A stretch of 64,000 bases of DNA from an uncultured Candidatus Saccharibacteria bacterium (GTDB taxonomy: Bacteria > Patescibacteriota > Dojkabacteria > SC72). Below the pieces are notes generated by a model that was not told where the DNA came from, did not search any database, and saw only the letters and a program-made list of their open reading frames with translations. The DNA lies in assembly GCA_964560525.1 (NCBI GenBank), contig CAZLLO010000004.1:530-64529 (forward strand). Direction: 5' to 3'. Position 1 is the stretch's first letter; each line of letters opens with the position of its first letter. This document shows, one piece after another, positions 28,653-37,667 of the stretch. The position numbers were made by a program, and so were the translations under genes.

Positions 28653-28729
28653 GCGGGGGTAGTTCAATTGGTTAGAATGTCTGTTTTCCAAACAGAGGGT
28701 TGCGGGTTCGAGCCCCGTCCCCCGCTCCA
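28653..28729 (+). tRNA. tRNA-Gly (anticodon TCC), CCA encoded
   Basis: GCGGGGGTAGTTCAATTGGTTAGAATGTCTGTTTTCCAAACAGAGGGTTGCGGGTTCGAGCCCCGTCCCCCGCTCCA: acceptor GCGGGGG/CCCCCGC, anticodon stem TCTGT/ACAGA, loop TTTCCAA, T-arm GCGGG-TTCGAGC-CCCGT. Confidence 0.85.
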
Positions 28730-28788
28730 TATCTATATATGGAAATGTAGTCCCACTGTAACTTATCCACAATTTGTAATATAATACT

Positions 28789-29364
28789 GTGCATATGCAA
28801 AACGCAGATGTACCTTTATGGGACAAAGGAGACAAAACAGATGATTATGCCAAAGGTGGTGGTAGTGGTTTTTCTTTTTTTGATTCAGATGTAAAAGGTG
28901 ATAAAACCGAGGATGTGGAAAAGGTTTATGAATTGGTGTTAGGTAGAAAACCTACTTCTAGAGAGCTTTCTTACTATAGATATGCTCCTGTTAAAAAGGA
29001 TGAGATATTAAAGAAGCTTTTGAAGAGCGATGAGCATAAAGATCTTGTAAAAAAAGGGAGAGAGTATCCAGAATTAGAAGAGAGAGAAAAACTTGGACAG
29101 AGTACTATCTTGAAACTTAAACATAGTATTGAAGATCAACAAGAGGAATTTAAGGAAACAAAGGCTATACTGCAAGAAAAAAATAGAGAAATAGGGGTAC
29201 TAAGAGAAGAAAAAAATATTCCATATGTTACACAATCATTTTTAGAGGGCAAGGGAGTTGTGTACTATCAAAGTGCTGCACAGACACAAAAGAGCGAGAG
29301 AGTTGGAGTTTCAAAGAATTGGTTAGACAAGCTTTTTTATTTTATTCAAAATCTATCTAAATAG
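28789..29364 (+). CDS. Hypothetical protein with DUF4214-like segment and coiled-coil region
   Basis: VYELVLGRKPTSRELSYYRY resembles the DUF4214 LGRxP...Y(W/Y) signature. The rest is charged coiled-coil. Confidence 0.45.
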   Translation: MHMQNADVPLWDKGDKTDDYAKGGGSGFSFFDSDVKGDKTEDVEKVYELVLGRKPTSRELSYYRYAPVKKDEILKKLLKSDEHKDLVKKGREYPELEEREKLGQSTILKLKHSIEDQQEEFKETKAILQEKNREIGVLREEKNIPYVTQSFLEGKGVVYYQSAAQTQKSERVGVSKNWLDKLFYFIQNLSK

Positions 29365-29366
29365 TC

Positions 29367-29570
29367 ATGACACCTAGAATATTAGCAAAGAAATTAAAAG
29401 ACGCACGTGAGGAGGTAGGTTATTCTCAGAAAGAATTAGGGCTAAGAGTTGGGCTATCAGATAAGTCTATCAGTATCTATGAGAAAGGTTCTGTATATCC
29501 CCCAATATCCAACCTATTAAGAATAGCGAAAGAGCTAAAGAAAGAGATTGGTTTCTTTTTTAAAGATTAA
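29367..29570 (+). CDS. XRE-family helix-turn-helix transcriptional regulator (67 aa)
   Basis: LAKKLKDAREEVGYSQKELGLRVGLSDKSISIYEKGSVYPPISNLLRIAKEL is a classic Cro/C1-type HTH. Confidence 0.65.
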   Translation: MTPRILAKKLKDAREEVGYSQKELGLRVGLSDKSISIYEKGSVYPPISNLLRIAKELKKEIGFFFKD

Positions 29571-30202
29571 CGAGGAGGAGTGAGCCAGCTTTTTGCTTTT
29601 TTACTGTATTTCTTAACAAGTTTTTTAATACCCCAGATTGCAAGTACTATTATTCCAACGATTATTAATATTTCTAGCACTAACAAGAGTATGTAGGGAG
29701 TACCTACTGGTTGTGATACTAATTCTTTACTTAATACCAGTGTATCTTCTACGCTATTTGTGTAATTAGTATCGTATTGCCAAGAAACAACACTAACACT
29801 AATAGTGAATGTACCCTTAGCTGTTGGTCTTACAACTGCTTTGTAACTGTATTCTTGCTCCGTTGCCATTGACACGAAACCTTGTGTTCTTGGTGAAATA
29901 GAAAGACTTGCGGAGGAACTATTCCAAGTCATCTGTGTTTTTGCAGAGTTAATATGTGGTACTACGGTTAATGTATAAAGAATGCTGTTATCAAGTGGAG
30001 ATTGAAGTTCTTGTGTTAATGTTAAATCGAAGTACTTATTAGTAGCCTTTGTTGTATTCTCATCAATTTGTGTTTCTAATGTATAGTCTCCAGTAGATTC
30101 TTCTGTTGTTGTCGTTGTGGTAGTTGTATCTTGTGCGAATACGTACCCAAAAGAAGTTAGACAGAGTAAAAGAGAGAGTATCAGGGTTGTTATCTTTTTC
30201 AT
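29567..30202 (-). CDS. Hypothetical surface protein: signal peptide, poly-Thr linker, C-terminal TM anchor
   Basis: MKKITTLILSLLLCLTSFGYVFAQDTTTTTTTTEE..., C-terminal ILLLVLEILIIVGIIVLAIWGIKKLVKKYSKK. Confidence 0.5.
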   Translation of the reverse strand: MKKITTLILSLLLCLTSFGYVFAQDTTTTTTTTEESTGDYTLETQIDENTTKATNKYFDLTLTQELQSPLDNSILYTLTVVPHINSAKTQMTWNSSSASLSISPRTQGFVSMATEQEYSYKAVVRPTAKGTFTISVSVVSWQYDTNYTNSVEDTLVLSKELVSQPVGTPYILLLVLEILIIVGIIVLAIWGIKKLVKKYSKKAKSWLTPPR

Positions 30203-30618
30203 TTTAATATCCTATGAATGCTCATATTATATATTTTATATGCCTCTTGGGCTTCATTCTCAGATACATCTAAATCGTCATGTACAATTCTATTACGTAG
30301 TTTATGAATTTCCCAAAGTTCATTGTATTCTCTTTTGCTAAATCTTTTACTTATTAATTTTAAATTATCCCCACATAGTTTAGTATTACTCAGTCGATAT
30401 TGTAATGCCTTGGAGAGAATATTGTCTAGTTTAATAACCGTATCTCTTCTTCTAGCTAGATCATCACTAAAAGCTCCTGCTTTTAATGCTTCTAAACTGT
30501 TTAACATTCGAGATTTGGTTTTTGTTTTTTCATGCTTCTGACTTGAAGCAACAAGGATGAAGAGACCTGCAATGAAGATTAAAATTAGAACTGTAATTAA
30601 GACTGCATTATTATCCAT
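30199..30618 (-). CDS. Small membrane-anchored protein with C-terminal HEPN-like Rx4H motif
   Basis: N-terminal TM (VLITVLILIFIAGLFILVASS). C-terminal WEIHKLRNRIVHDDLD fits the HEPN/HepT-type R-x4-H signature. Confidence 0.4.
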   Translation of the reverse strand: MDNNAVLITVLILIFIAGLFILVASSQKHEKTKTKSRMLNSLEALKAGAFSDDLARRRDTVIKLDNILSKALQYRLSNTKLCGDNLKLISKRFSKREYNELWEIHKLRNRIVHDDLDVSENEAQEAYKIYNMSIHRILK

Positions 30619-32500
30619 TTTGTTTATGCTTAAATTTCTTTACTAAGAAGTATACCAAATATCCTAAACCAAGAAATGAAGCCAACGAAAGTATCTTTAC
30701 CATTACCTGCATGTATACAGGAATAAATATATCTAAGTCGGATTCCAGTAGGAGTTCCTTTTTGTAATCCATATTTGAAAAGGTAATATTTACGTAAGAA
30801 TTTGAATAGCTTCCAGAATTTGGAATATTAAATTGTAATGTAGCGCTTTGTTTTGGGAGTACAATTTGTGTATTTATATTATTTACTGGATCTACATATC
30901 TTTGTAAGTTCTCAAAGCTGGATTGAGAAATAGCGTAATCTGAAATAGCAATATTCCCCGTGTTAGTAATGTTTATTAACGTTTTAAAATATTTGCTTAA
31001 TATATTATTACTATCAAAAACCAATTGAGCTTCCACAGAGAAATTTGGTACTACTTCTTCTTGAGAACTAGAAGTAACTTTAAAATCATTATCATTGTAA
31101 AAAGTAAGTTTTGGAGCTACAGAGGATTTTCCTCTTACTAGTATGGCTATATGGTCATAGAATTTATCCTTGTAGAGAGATTTGGAAGCGTAGTCCTCTA
31201 AGAAAGGATCTAATGTTAACCATTGGTTTTGAGTATAGTCATATACTTCTACCCAGTAGTTGTAAAAACCATCCGATGTATATCCAGAAATATTGGAAAC
31301 ATACCCAATAACTTGTCTTGCAGGTATACCATATTTTCTAAATACCGTTATTAAGAAATCGGTGTAATCAGAGGGTGTTACTTCGTTGGGATTTGAAACG
31401 AGATTATCAAATCCAACTCTACTGTCTGTTATTATTCCACTAGTTAGTTCCTTTTGTGGATTCAGGCGATCTATAACGTATGAATACAGATATTTGTATA
31501 CTAATTCTTGTGTGTCTTTAGAAACATCTTGAATATTAGAGAAACCCTCAGGGATGTTTAATTTCTTCTCTCTCAAATAATTATCAATCCTCGTAAATTC
31601 ATTCTTTTGTGTAACACTCCAGTATCCAGTATTCTGGGTTAAAAATGCGTCTAAAGCAGAAGTATCCTCAGAAGCATCATGCTTTAGTATGTATCCTTTA
31701 ATCATGCAATCAGTAGTTTTCTGAGGGGCTAATGTATATTGAAATATGTAATTTCCATCTTCATCCTGCTTGGCTATATTGGGAAGTGGGCTGATTTCAT
31801 CCCAGATAATCGTTTGATTTGCCCCATCAGCTGGTAATATCAACTCAAATGTCTGATTCTCGTCTTCTAATGAGTTTGTGAAGGTTTTTGATACTTCGAA
31901 TTTGTATGAGATTTGTTTCCCAAAAAGTATGGATAGTTTGTTGTGTATAGGTTTGAGAATAGTAATCTGATAGTTATCTCCAATACTTTTTATGCTTTGT
32001 ACAGTATCTGAAGTCCATAGTGGTTCTCCAAGGGTTTTTGAATATGTTACAGTAATACTTTTTGTCGTTGTATCTTGTACTGAGGATGGTATATTGTACG
32101 AATCTGTACTAGAAGAGGTTCGTGTATATATCAATCTTAGTTTTAATGGTGTATTAGATCGTACAACTGCATTGTTAAGGTCTAAGAGTACATCAGTAGC
32201 TCCTGTCCTTTGATGGTTAGTGCAGGAGTATTCTTTGCTTGTATTGTAGTTGTAACATTTGACCTTGAGATTCTCTTCTGGGATTGTTGCAGTATAGTAA
32301 GATATAACCCTTGAAGAAGAGGAAGATATTGTAAGAATAGCTTCAGTGCTGATGTTTGTTTCTGTAATATTGTGAACAAAATCACTAGTAAGAGTAAAAG
32401 AATCTACAGCGGATACTTTGGAGGCGCAAAGAAGAGAAATTACAAATACAAGGCTAGATAGCGACAGAATTTTCTTTAAATAGCCATTCAAATCTCTCAT
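30611..32500 (-). CDS. Transglutaminase-like domain surface protein, catalytic triad apparently degenerate; signal peptide and C-terminal TM
   Basis: TGase-core-like block DYTDFLITVFRKYGIPARQVIGYV...NYWVEVYDYTQNQWLTLDP. The Cys of GxCxxFA is replaced (TDFLITVF), the His of HAW is replaced (NYW), Asp is retained (LDP). Confidence 0.5.
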   Translation of the reverse strand: MRDLNGYLKKILSLSSLVFVISLLCASKVSAVDSFTLTSDFVHNITETNISTEAILTISSSSSRVISYYTATIPEENLKVKCYNYNTSKEYSCTNHQRTGATDVLLDLNNAVVRSNTPLKLRLIYTRTSSSTDSYNIPSSVQDTTTKSITVTYSKTLGEPLWTSDTVQSIKSIGDNYQITILKPIHNKLSILFGKQISYKFEVSKTFTNSLEDENQTFELILPADGANQTIIWDEISPLPNIAKQDEDGNYIFQYTLAPQKTTDCMIKGYILKHDASEDTSALDAFLTQNTGYWSVTQKNEFTRIDNYLREKKLNIPEGFSNIQDVSKDTQELVYKYLYSYVIDRLNPQKELTSGIITDSRVGFDNLVSNPNEVTPSDYTDFLITVFRKYGIPARQVIGYVSNISGYTSDGFYNYWVEVYDYTQNQWLTLDPFLEDYASKSLYKDKFYDHIAILVRGKSSVAPKLTFYNDNDFKVTSSSQEEVVPNFSVEAQLVFDSNNILSKYFKTLINITNTGNIAISDYAISQSSFENLQRYVDPVNNINTQIVLPKQSATLQFNIPNSGSYSNSYVNITFSNMDYKKELLLESDLDIFIPVYMQVMVKILSLASFLGLGYLVYFLVKKFKHKQNG

Positions 32501-33188
32501 ATTTTCTTAATATTTGTTTTATTACAGGAGTCTTAGGTGTAATTCCATAGTTTAAAATTATCTTATCCCAGTCTAGTTTCTCAGGTTCATTAACAATTTT
32601 GTAATATGGATTTCGGACAGTTTCCTGCTTGGCATTTTTTCTAATAATATAATAGGCTAATCCATTCTTCTCATCAAGGACTACGTGTGGATGAGCATTA
32701 ATACTTAGATATTCTGCGAAGATAAGGTTGGAATTTTGGCGGGTATTTACAACAACTGCACTATATCCAGCGGGTACTATGACCTTTTGCTCTTTTTTCG
32801 CAGTAATCCTTATAATTCGATTGTCTTTGGGAGATCGATATCTTTGTAACAGGATAGTAGCTCCACCATATATAATATCTATTAACCTAGGATATCTGAG
32901 ACACTTAGTAGCTCTGGTTTTTACAAATTCTATCCCAGCTAAGTTTGGTTTTAGTACATAGAAATTTATCTTTAAATCTTTTGAAGCGTATAGATTGTCA
33001 AAGTCTAATCCTTTGTATTTCTTGTAAAAGACTTCAGGGCATGATAATTCTTTGTTAAGAAGTTGTGCTCTTACATCATCTATTGAAATGGAAATTGTCT
33101 CCTGGAATTTCAAATCCTTAGCCTGCAAATCTTCTCCATCATAAATGAGGGGAAAACCAGAAGTTTTCTTAAGGTCTATTTTTGCCAT
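32454..33188 (-). CDS. Cupin-fold protein resembling cupin-type phosphoglucose isomerase, metal-ligand His residues not conserved
   Basis: Blocks IIYGGATILLQRY, KVIVPAGYSAVVVNT and NLIFAEYLSINAHPHV align by eye with the GKGGMLLQ / VVYVPPYWAHR / IFLAIYPADAGHDY regions of archaeal cPGI. The TKGHFHA metal site reads KTRATK here. Confidence 0.35.
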   Translation of the reverse strand: MAKIDLKKTSGFPLIYDGEDLQAKDLKFQETISISIDDVRAQLLNKELSCPEVFYKKYKGLDFDNLYASKDLKINFYVLKPNLAGIEFVKTRATKCLRYPRLIDIIYGGATILLQRYRSPKDNRIIRITAKKEQKVIVPAGYSAVVVNTRQNSNLIFAEYLSINAHPHVVLDEKNGLAYYIIRKNAKQETVRNPYYKIVNEPEKLDWDKIILNYGITPKTPVIKQILRKYERFEWLFKENSVAI

Positions 33189-33212
33189 ATCGGATATTAT
33201 ACCACATGAGGT

Positions 33213-33500
33213 TTAATCCCTAGAAAAGGATTTTAAAAGCTCGGAGAGAATGAATGTGGCTATTATGTAGAAAAGTAGCGCTATCAAGGGAGTTAAAGGT
33301 AATACGAATCTGTCAATCTGTAAGGAATTCGCAGTTATACCATTGAAAGGGCGTATAAATATCTCACTAGTATTCATAATCCAGCCTACAAGAGTATTTT
33401 GGACATTTGCTCCGACAACGGAAAGTACTGTTCTAGCAATCACCAAGGCTTCTATGAGCACAGCTGCAGTATATAATAATCTAATTAAGAATTTGAACAT
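33213..33500 (-). CDS. YggT/Ycf19-family small membrane protein
   Basis: 95 aa, two TM segments, ARTVLSVVGANVQNTLVGWIMNTSEIFIRPFNGI matches the YggT pattern. Confidence 0.5.
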   Translation of the reverse strand: MFKFLIRLLYTAAVLIEALVIARTVLSVVGANVQNTLVGWIMNTSEIFIRPFNGITANSLQIDRFVLPLTPLIALLFYIIATFILSELLKSFSRD

Positions 33501-33502
33501 GG

Positions 33503-34249
33503 CTATAGATTATCTAAGTTATCTGCATAATAATCAAGTTCATTCATGAATCTTGTAACCCCATGAGCCCAAGCATGTGCATTCCCTTGTGCACATGGAG
33601 GACAATATGATGGCTCGATGTCAAAAGGAGTTAAATCAGTACCATAGCCCTGTGCCAGACCCCTGGTAATCTCTTTAATTCCATCTGGCCATGTTGCAAA
33701 CATACTCCAACCATTTGCATTTTTATTTATCCCCCTCCAGCCCCATGCATTGTGAGAACCCTTGGGTATTAAATTCCCAAAAGCAGATTCTACTCCCGAG
33801 ATAGAGGCTACAAGTCTCCAATCTAATCCGTAACTATCTGCTTGTGATATTAAAACAGAAGAATATTGAGCCATTGGGGAGTGATAGTCACTAAGAAATT
33901 TATTCATAGCGACAATTCTTGCATCTATAGTAAAGAATTTCGTCTTACTTATTAAAGCATTATCTTCAATCTGTGTATTAAGATTATACTTCCCAGAATA
34001 TACGTGTATATCAAAAACTGGCGAAAGAGTGTTCATTTCTACGGTTGAAGTATTACGAATGGCTTTTCCAATGACCGCCATGTAAATATTCTCAATATGT
34101 GGTGAAAGAAAAAGATAATATGCTGCAATAAGAAAAATCGCAACCAAGACTCTAGTAATATTAGAGTGCAAAAAAGGCTTAATAGATAGTATATTTAGCT
34201 TTTTGTATATCTCATCTGGCATAATATCCAGTATAACAGAAAGGGGCAA
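33503..34249 (-). CDS. Membrane-anchored glucosaminidase (FlgJ-like muramidase) domain protein
   Basis: N-terminal TM; DWRLVASISGVESAFGNLIPKGSHNAWGW resembles the PF01832 motif A..ESG.G.S.....NN.FG. Confidence 0.45.
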   Translation of the reverse strand: MPLSVILDIMPDEIYKKLNILSIKPFLHSNITRVLVAIFLIAAYYLFLSPHIENIYMAVIGKAIRNTSTVEMNTLSPVFDIHVYSGKYNLNTQIEDNALISKTKFFTIDARIVAMNKFLSDYHSPMAQYSSVLISQADSYGLDWRLVASISGVESAFGNLIPKGSHNAWGWRGINKNANGWSMFATWPDGIKEITRGLAQGYGTDLTPFDIEPSYCPPCAQGNAHAWAHGVTRFMNELDYYADNLDNL

Positions 34250-34257
34250 TATTTGTT

Positions 34258-37200
34258 ATGTTCACTCATCTACATTTACATACAGAATACTCTTTGTTGG
34301 ACGCGACTATTAGAATTCCAGCATTGATACAGAAGCTTCAATCTTCGGGTATGACCTCTTGTGCAATTACCGACCATGGGAATATGTACGGTGTATTCAA
34401 ATTTCAAAATGCGATGAAAGAAGCTGGGCTTAAACCAATCATTGGTTGTGAGATCTATGTAGCACCTAGAGAAATGGATAAAAAGGAATTTGGTATCGAT
34501 AATAAATACTACCATCTAATTCTCTTGGCTAAAAATCTCGTAGGATACAAGAATTTAATGAAAATTGTATCTACTGCCCATATGGATGGTTTTTACTACA
34601 AACCAAGGATAGATTTTGAGACACTTTCTAAGTATACAGAGGGCCTGATATGTACATCTGCTTGTCTTGCGGGGCCTGTTTCTAGACCATTGTTAGAAAG
34701 CAACTATAATTTGGCTTTAGAAACAGCTAAAAAATACAATGAGATTTTCAAAGACAACTTCTATATTGAAATTCAGAGAAATGGTATGGAGGAACAGGTT
34801 AAAGTAAATGAGGGTTTAATCAAAATTTCAAAAGAATTAAAGCTTCCACTTGTAGCGACTTGTGATGCACATTATCTTAATAAGGAGGATGCGGAGATAC
34901 AAGAAATCCTTTGGTGCATCAGTGATGGTACAACTATGGATGATCCCAAGAAAAGAACTATGCCTACAAATGAGTTCTATGTTAAAACTCCAGAGGAGAT
35001 GTCAGAACTATTTAAAGATCTTCCAGAAGCTGTTGAGAATACCCTAAAGATAGCTGATTTAATTGAAATTTACGATATTACATTTGGAAGGGTTGAACCC
35101 CACTTCTTAGACTTACCAGAGGGATATACTCCTGCAACATATTTAAAAGAGCTTGCCTACAAAGGAGCAGAAGATAAATATGGGAGGATGGATCAAGCAC
35201 TAAAAGATCGTTTGGAGTATGAGTTAACCATAATCAATGACAAGGGCTACAATGATTACTTTCTAGTGGTCCGTGACTTTGTAGCTTTTTGTAGGAACAA
35301 TGGTATTGTAGTGGGTATGAGAGGCTCAGGATGTGGTTCTGTCGTTGCATATGCGGTAGAGATTACAAACATTGAACCAATAGGGTGGGAATTGTACTTT
35401 GAAAGATTTTTAAACCCAGAAAGACCAAGTCCTCCTGACTTTGATATCGATATTGCAGATAAAAGAAGAGATGAGCTAATACAGTACACCATGGAGAAGT
35501 ATGGTGCAGATAATGTAAAACAGATTGGTACATTTAGTAAACTTCAGACAAGACAAGCGATTAGAGATGTATCTCGAGTCATAGGGGTTGATTTGGAAAC
35601 AGCAAACAAACTTTCTAAAATGGTTGAGATTGTGTTTGGCCATGCCAAAGATATTGACTATATGGTTGAACATAACCCAGAGTTTGCAGAGATCATAAAC
35701 TCTTCTGACACGACACTTCATTTAGCTGAAATTGTACGGAAAGTTGCAGGATTATGTCGAGGTGTTTCTACTCATGCCTGTGGCATTATTGTTGCTCCTC
35801 AACCAGTTGTTAACTACGCTCCTGTACAAAGGGATTCTCATGGTGGTGGTATTGGTATGACACAATATGAAATGTTTGATATTGAGCCTATTGGGTTAAT
35901 GAAATTTGATTTCCTTGGACTCCGTAATCTAAATATTATCGGTTCTGCCATTAAAAAGATAGAAAAAAGTAGGAACGAGACTGTTGATCTTAGAGTCATA
36001 GATAAACATGATGCAGAATCGTTCAAAGTTATACGTGGTGGAAATACAATAGGTATCTTCCAAATGGAAAGTGAGGGGATGAAACGAACTATCCGTGCAC
36101 TCAAACCAGAAACACAGGAAGACATCTGTTACATATTAGCCGCATATCGTCCTGGTCCTATGCAGTATATCCCTGAGTATGTAGCTGTAAAAGAAGGTAA
36201 ACAAGCTCCAGATTATATCTTCGAACAATTAGAACCTGTACTTTCAATCACCAGAGGTGTCATCACATATCAGGAACAGGTTATGAAAATTGCACAGGTT
36301 GTTGCAGGATATTCTCTTGGTAAGGCAGATGTTTTAAGAAGAGCAATGGGTAAAAAGAAAGTAGAAATCATGGCGGCAGAAAAGCCAAAGTTTGTAGAAG
36401 GTGCAAGAGCAAACGGTTTCGATGAAGAGAAAGTAGACAAGATATGGGATAAATTAATACAGTTTGCAAACTACGGTTTTAACAAAGCACATAGTGCTTC
36501 ATATGCTACTGTTGCATATTGGACCGCATATCTAAAAGCACACTACCCACTTGAATTCATGGCTGCACTCCTAGAGGGAGATTTGGATAATTTCGATAGG
36601 GTAATATTGGATTTAGGGGAATGTGAAAGACTTGGGATTGAGGTATTGCCACCCAATATTAATGAAAGCGGTTACTATTTTGATGTAGAAAATGATCATG
36701 CTATTAGATTTGGGCTTGGAGGTATAAAGAATGTAGGAGAAGACGTGGTTAAATGTGTGGTAGAAGAAAGAAAGAGTAAAGGAGAGTTTAAACATTTGGA
36801 TGATTTTGTACATAGGGTGTATCAAAATATTGGGAAAAGAGCGATGGAATACTTAGTAATGGCTGGTACGATGGATACCTTTGGAGACAGAAATGCTTTG
36901 CTTCAAGTTCTCCCCAATATATATGAGAAAGAAAAAGTTCGTAACAAATCTGTATCTTTGGGACAGATAGATTTCTTTTCTCTTATGCAAGGTGAGACAA
37001 AAACAGAAGAAACAGTCGGTATGACACCGCTTCCAAATGTAGAGAAAACACCTGTTTCTCAAGCCCTTGCCTGGGAAAAAGAACTTCTAGGATTGTATTT
37101 TTCAAGCCATCCACTTGATGCATTCCAGGAATTTTTTGAAAGCAAAAATGTCATACCACTAAAACAGGCGTTAGATACAAAAGAAAATAATGCATTGGTA

Positions 37201-37653
37201 ATTCTTGGTGTTATGGTAGACAAGATAAGGAAAATAACCACTAAAAAAGGTGATATTATGGCCTTTCTAACCATAGAAGATAAATCGGGAACCTCAGACG
37301 CTATTGTCTTCCCTAGAGTGTATCAAGAATTAAAGGATACTCTAGTTACGAACAAGCCTATGCTCATAGCGGGTAAAATTAATGAAAAGGATGGAGAAAA
37401 AAGCATTGTTATAGAAAAAGCAAAATATATTGATGAAGAGAAATGTAAGTCAGAGTTTAATGGTATTACATTTAGAATTAGACCTGTTCATAGTGAGGAA
37501 GAGGTTGCACAGCTCAAAGCATTCATAGCAAATTCTGAAGGAGATTTGCCAGTAAAGATAATTGTGGATGATGGAGAGCATAAGAAGACAGTCATGCTAT
37601 CTAAAACGATAGCTATGAATGAAGAAACAAAGAAGTGGTTAAGGAAGTTCTAG
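34258..37653 (+). CDS. dnaE: DNA polymerase III alpha subunit
   Basis: PHP domain FTHLHLHTEYSLLDATIRI...AITDHGNMYG, polymerase core and OB-fold tail; 1131 aa. Confidence 0.9.
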   Translation: MFTHLHLHTEYSLLDATIRIPALIQKLQSSGMTSCAITDHGNMYGVFKFQNAMKEAGLKPIIGCEIYVAPREMDKKEFGIDNKYYHLILLAKNLVGYKNLMKIVSTAHMDGFYYKPRIDFETLSKYTEGLICTSACLAGPVSRPLLESNYNLALETAKKYNEIFKDNFYIEIQRNGMEEQVKVNEGLIKISKELKLPLVATCDAHYLNKEDAEIQEILWCISDGTTMDDPKKRTMPTNEFYVKTPEEMSELFKDLPEAVENTLKIADLIEIYDITFGRVEPHFLDLPEGYTPATYLKELAYKGAEDKYGRMDQALKDRLEYELTIINDKGYNDYFLVVRDFVAFCRNNGIVVGMRGSGCGSVVAYAVEITNIEPIGWELYFERFLNPERPSPPDFDIDIADKRRDELIQYTMEKYGADNVKQIGTFSKLQTRQAIRDVSRVIGVDLETANKLSKMVEIVFGHAKDIDYMVEHNPEFAEIINSSDTTLHLAEIVRKVAGLCRGVSTHACGIIVAPQPVVNYAPVQRDSHGGGIGMTQYEMFDIEPIGLMKFDFLGLRNLNIIGSAIKKIEKSRNETVDLRVIDKHDAESFKVIRGGNTIGIFQMESEGMKRTIRALKPETQEDICYILAAYRPGPMQYIPEYVAVKEGKQAPDYIFEQLEPVLSITRGVITYQEQVMKIAQVVAGYSLGKADVLRRAMGKKKVEIMAAEKPKFVEGARANGFDEEKVDKIWDKLIQFANYGFNKAHSASYATVAYWTAYLKAHYPLEFMAALLEGDLDNFDRVILDLGECERLGIEVLPPNINESGYYFDVENDHAIRFGLGGIKNVGEDVVKCVVEERKSKGEFKHLDDFVHRVYQNIGKRAMEYLVMAGTMDTFGDRNALLQVLPNIYEKEKVRNKSVSLGQIDFFSLMQGETKTEETVGMTPLPNVEKTPVSQALAWEKELLGLYFSSHPLDAFQEFFESKNVIPLKQALDTKENNALVILGVMVDKIRKITTKKGDIMAFLTIEDKSGTSDAIVFPRVYQELKDTLVTNKPMLIAGKINEKDGEKSIVIEKAKYIDEEKCKSEFNGITFRIRPVHSEEEVAQLKAFIANSEGDLPVKIIVDDGEHKKTVMLSKTIAMNEETKKWLRKF

Positions 37654-37667
37654 TGATATAATAGGTA

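Noticed and set aside
28461-28835. Minus-strand 124-aa ORF
   Set aside because: Overlaps tRNA-Gly(TCC) and the end of rplS. No support.
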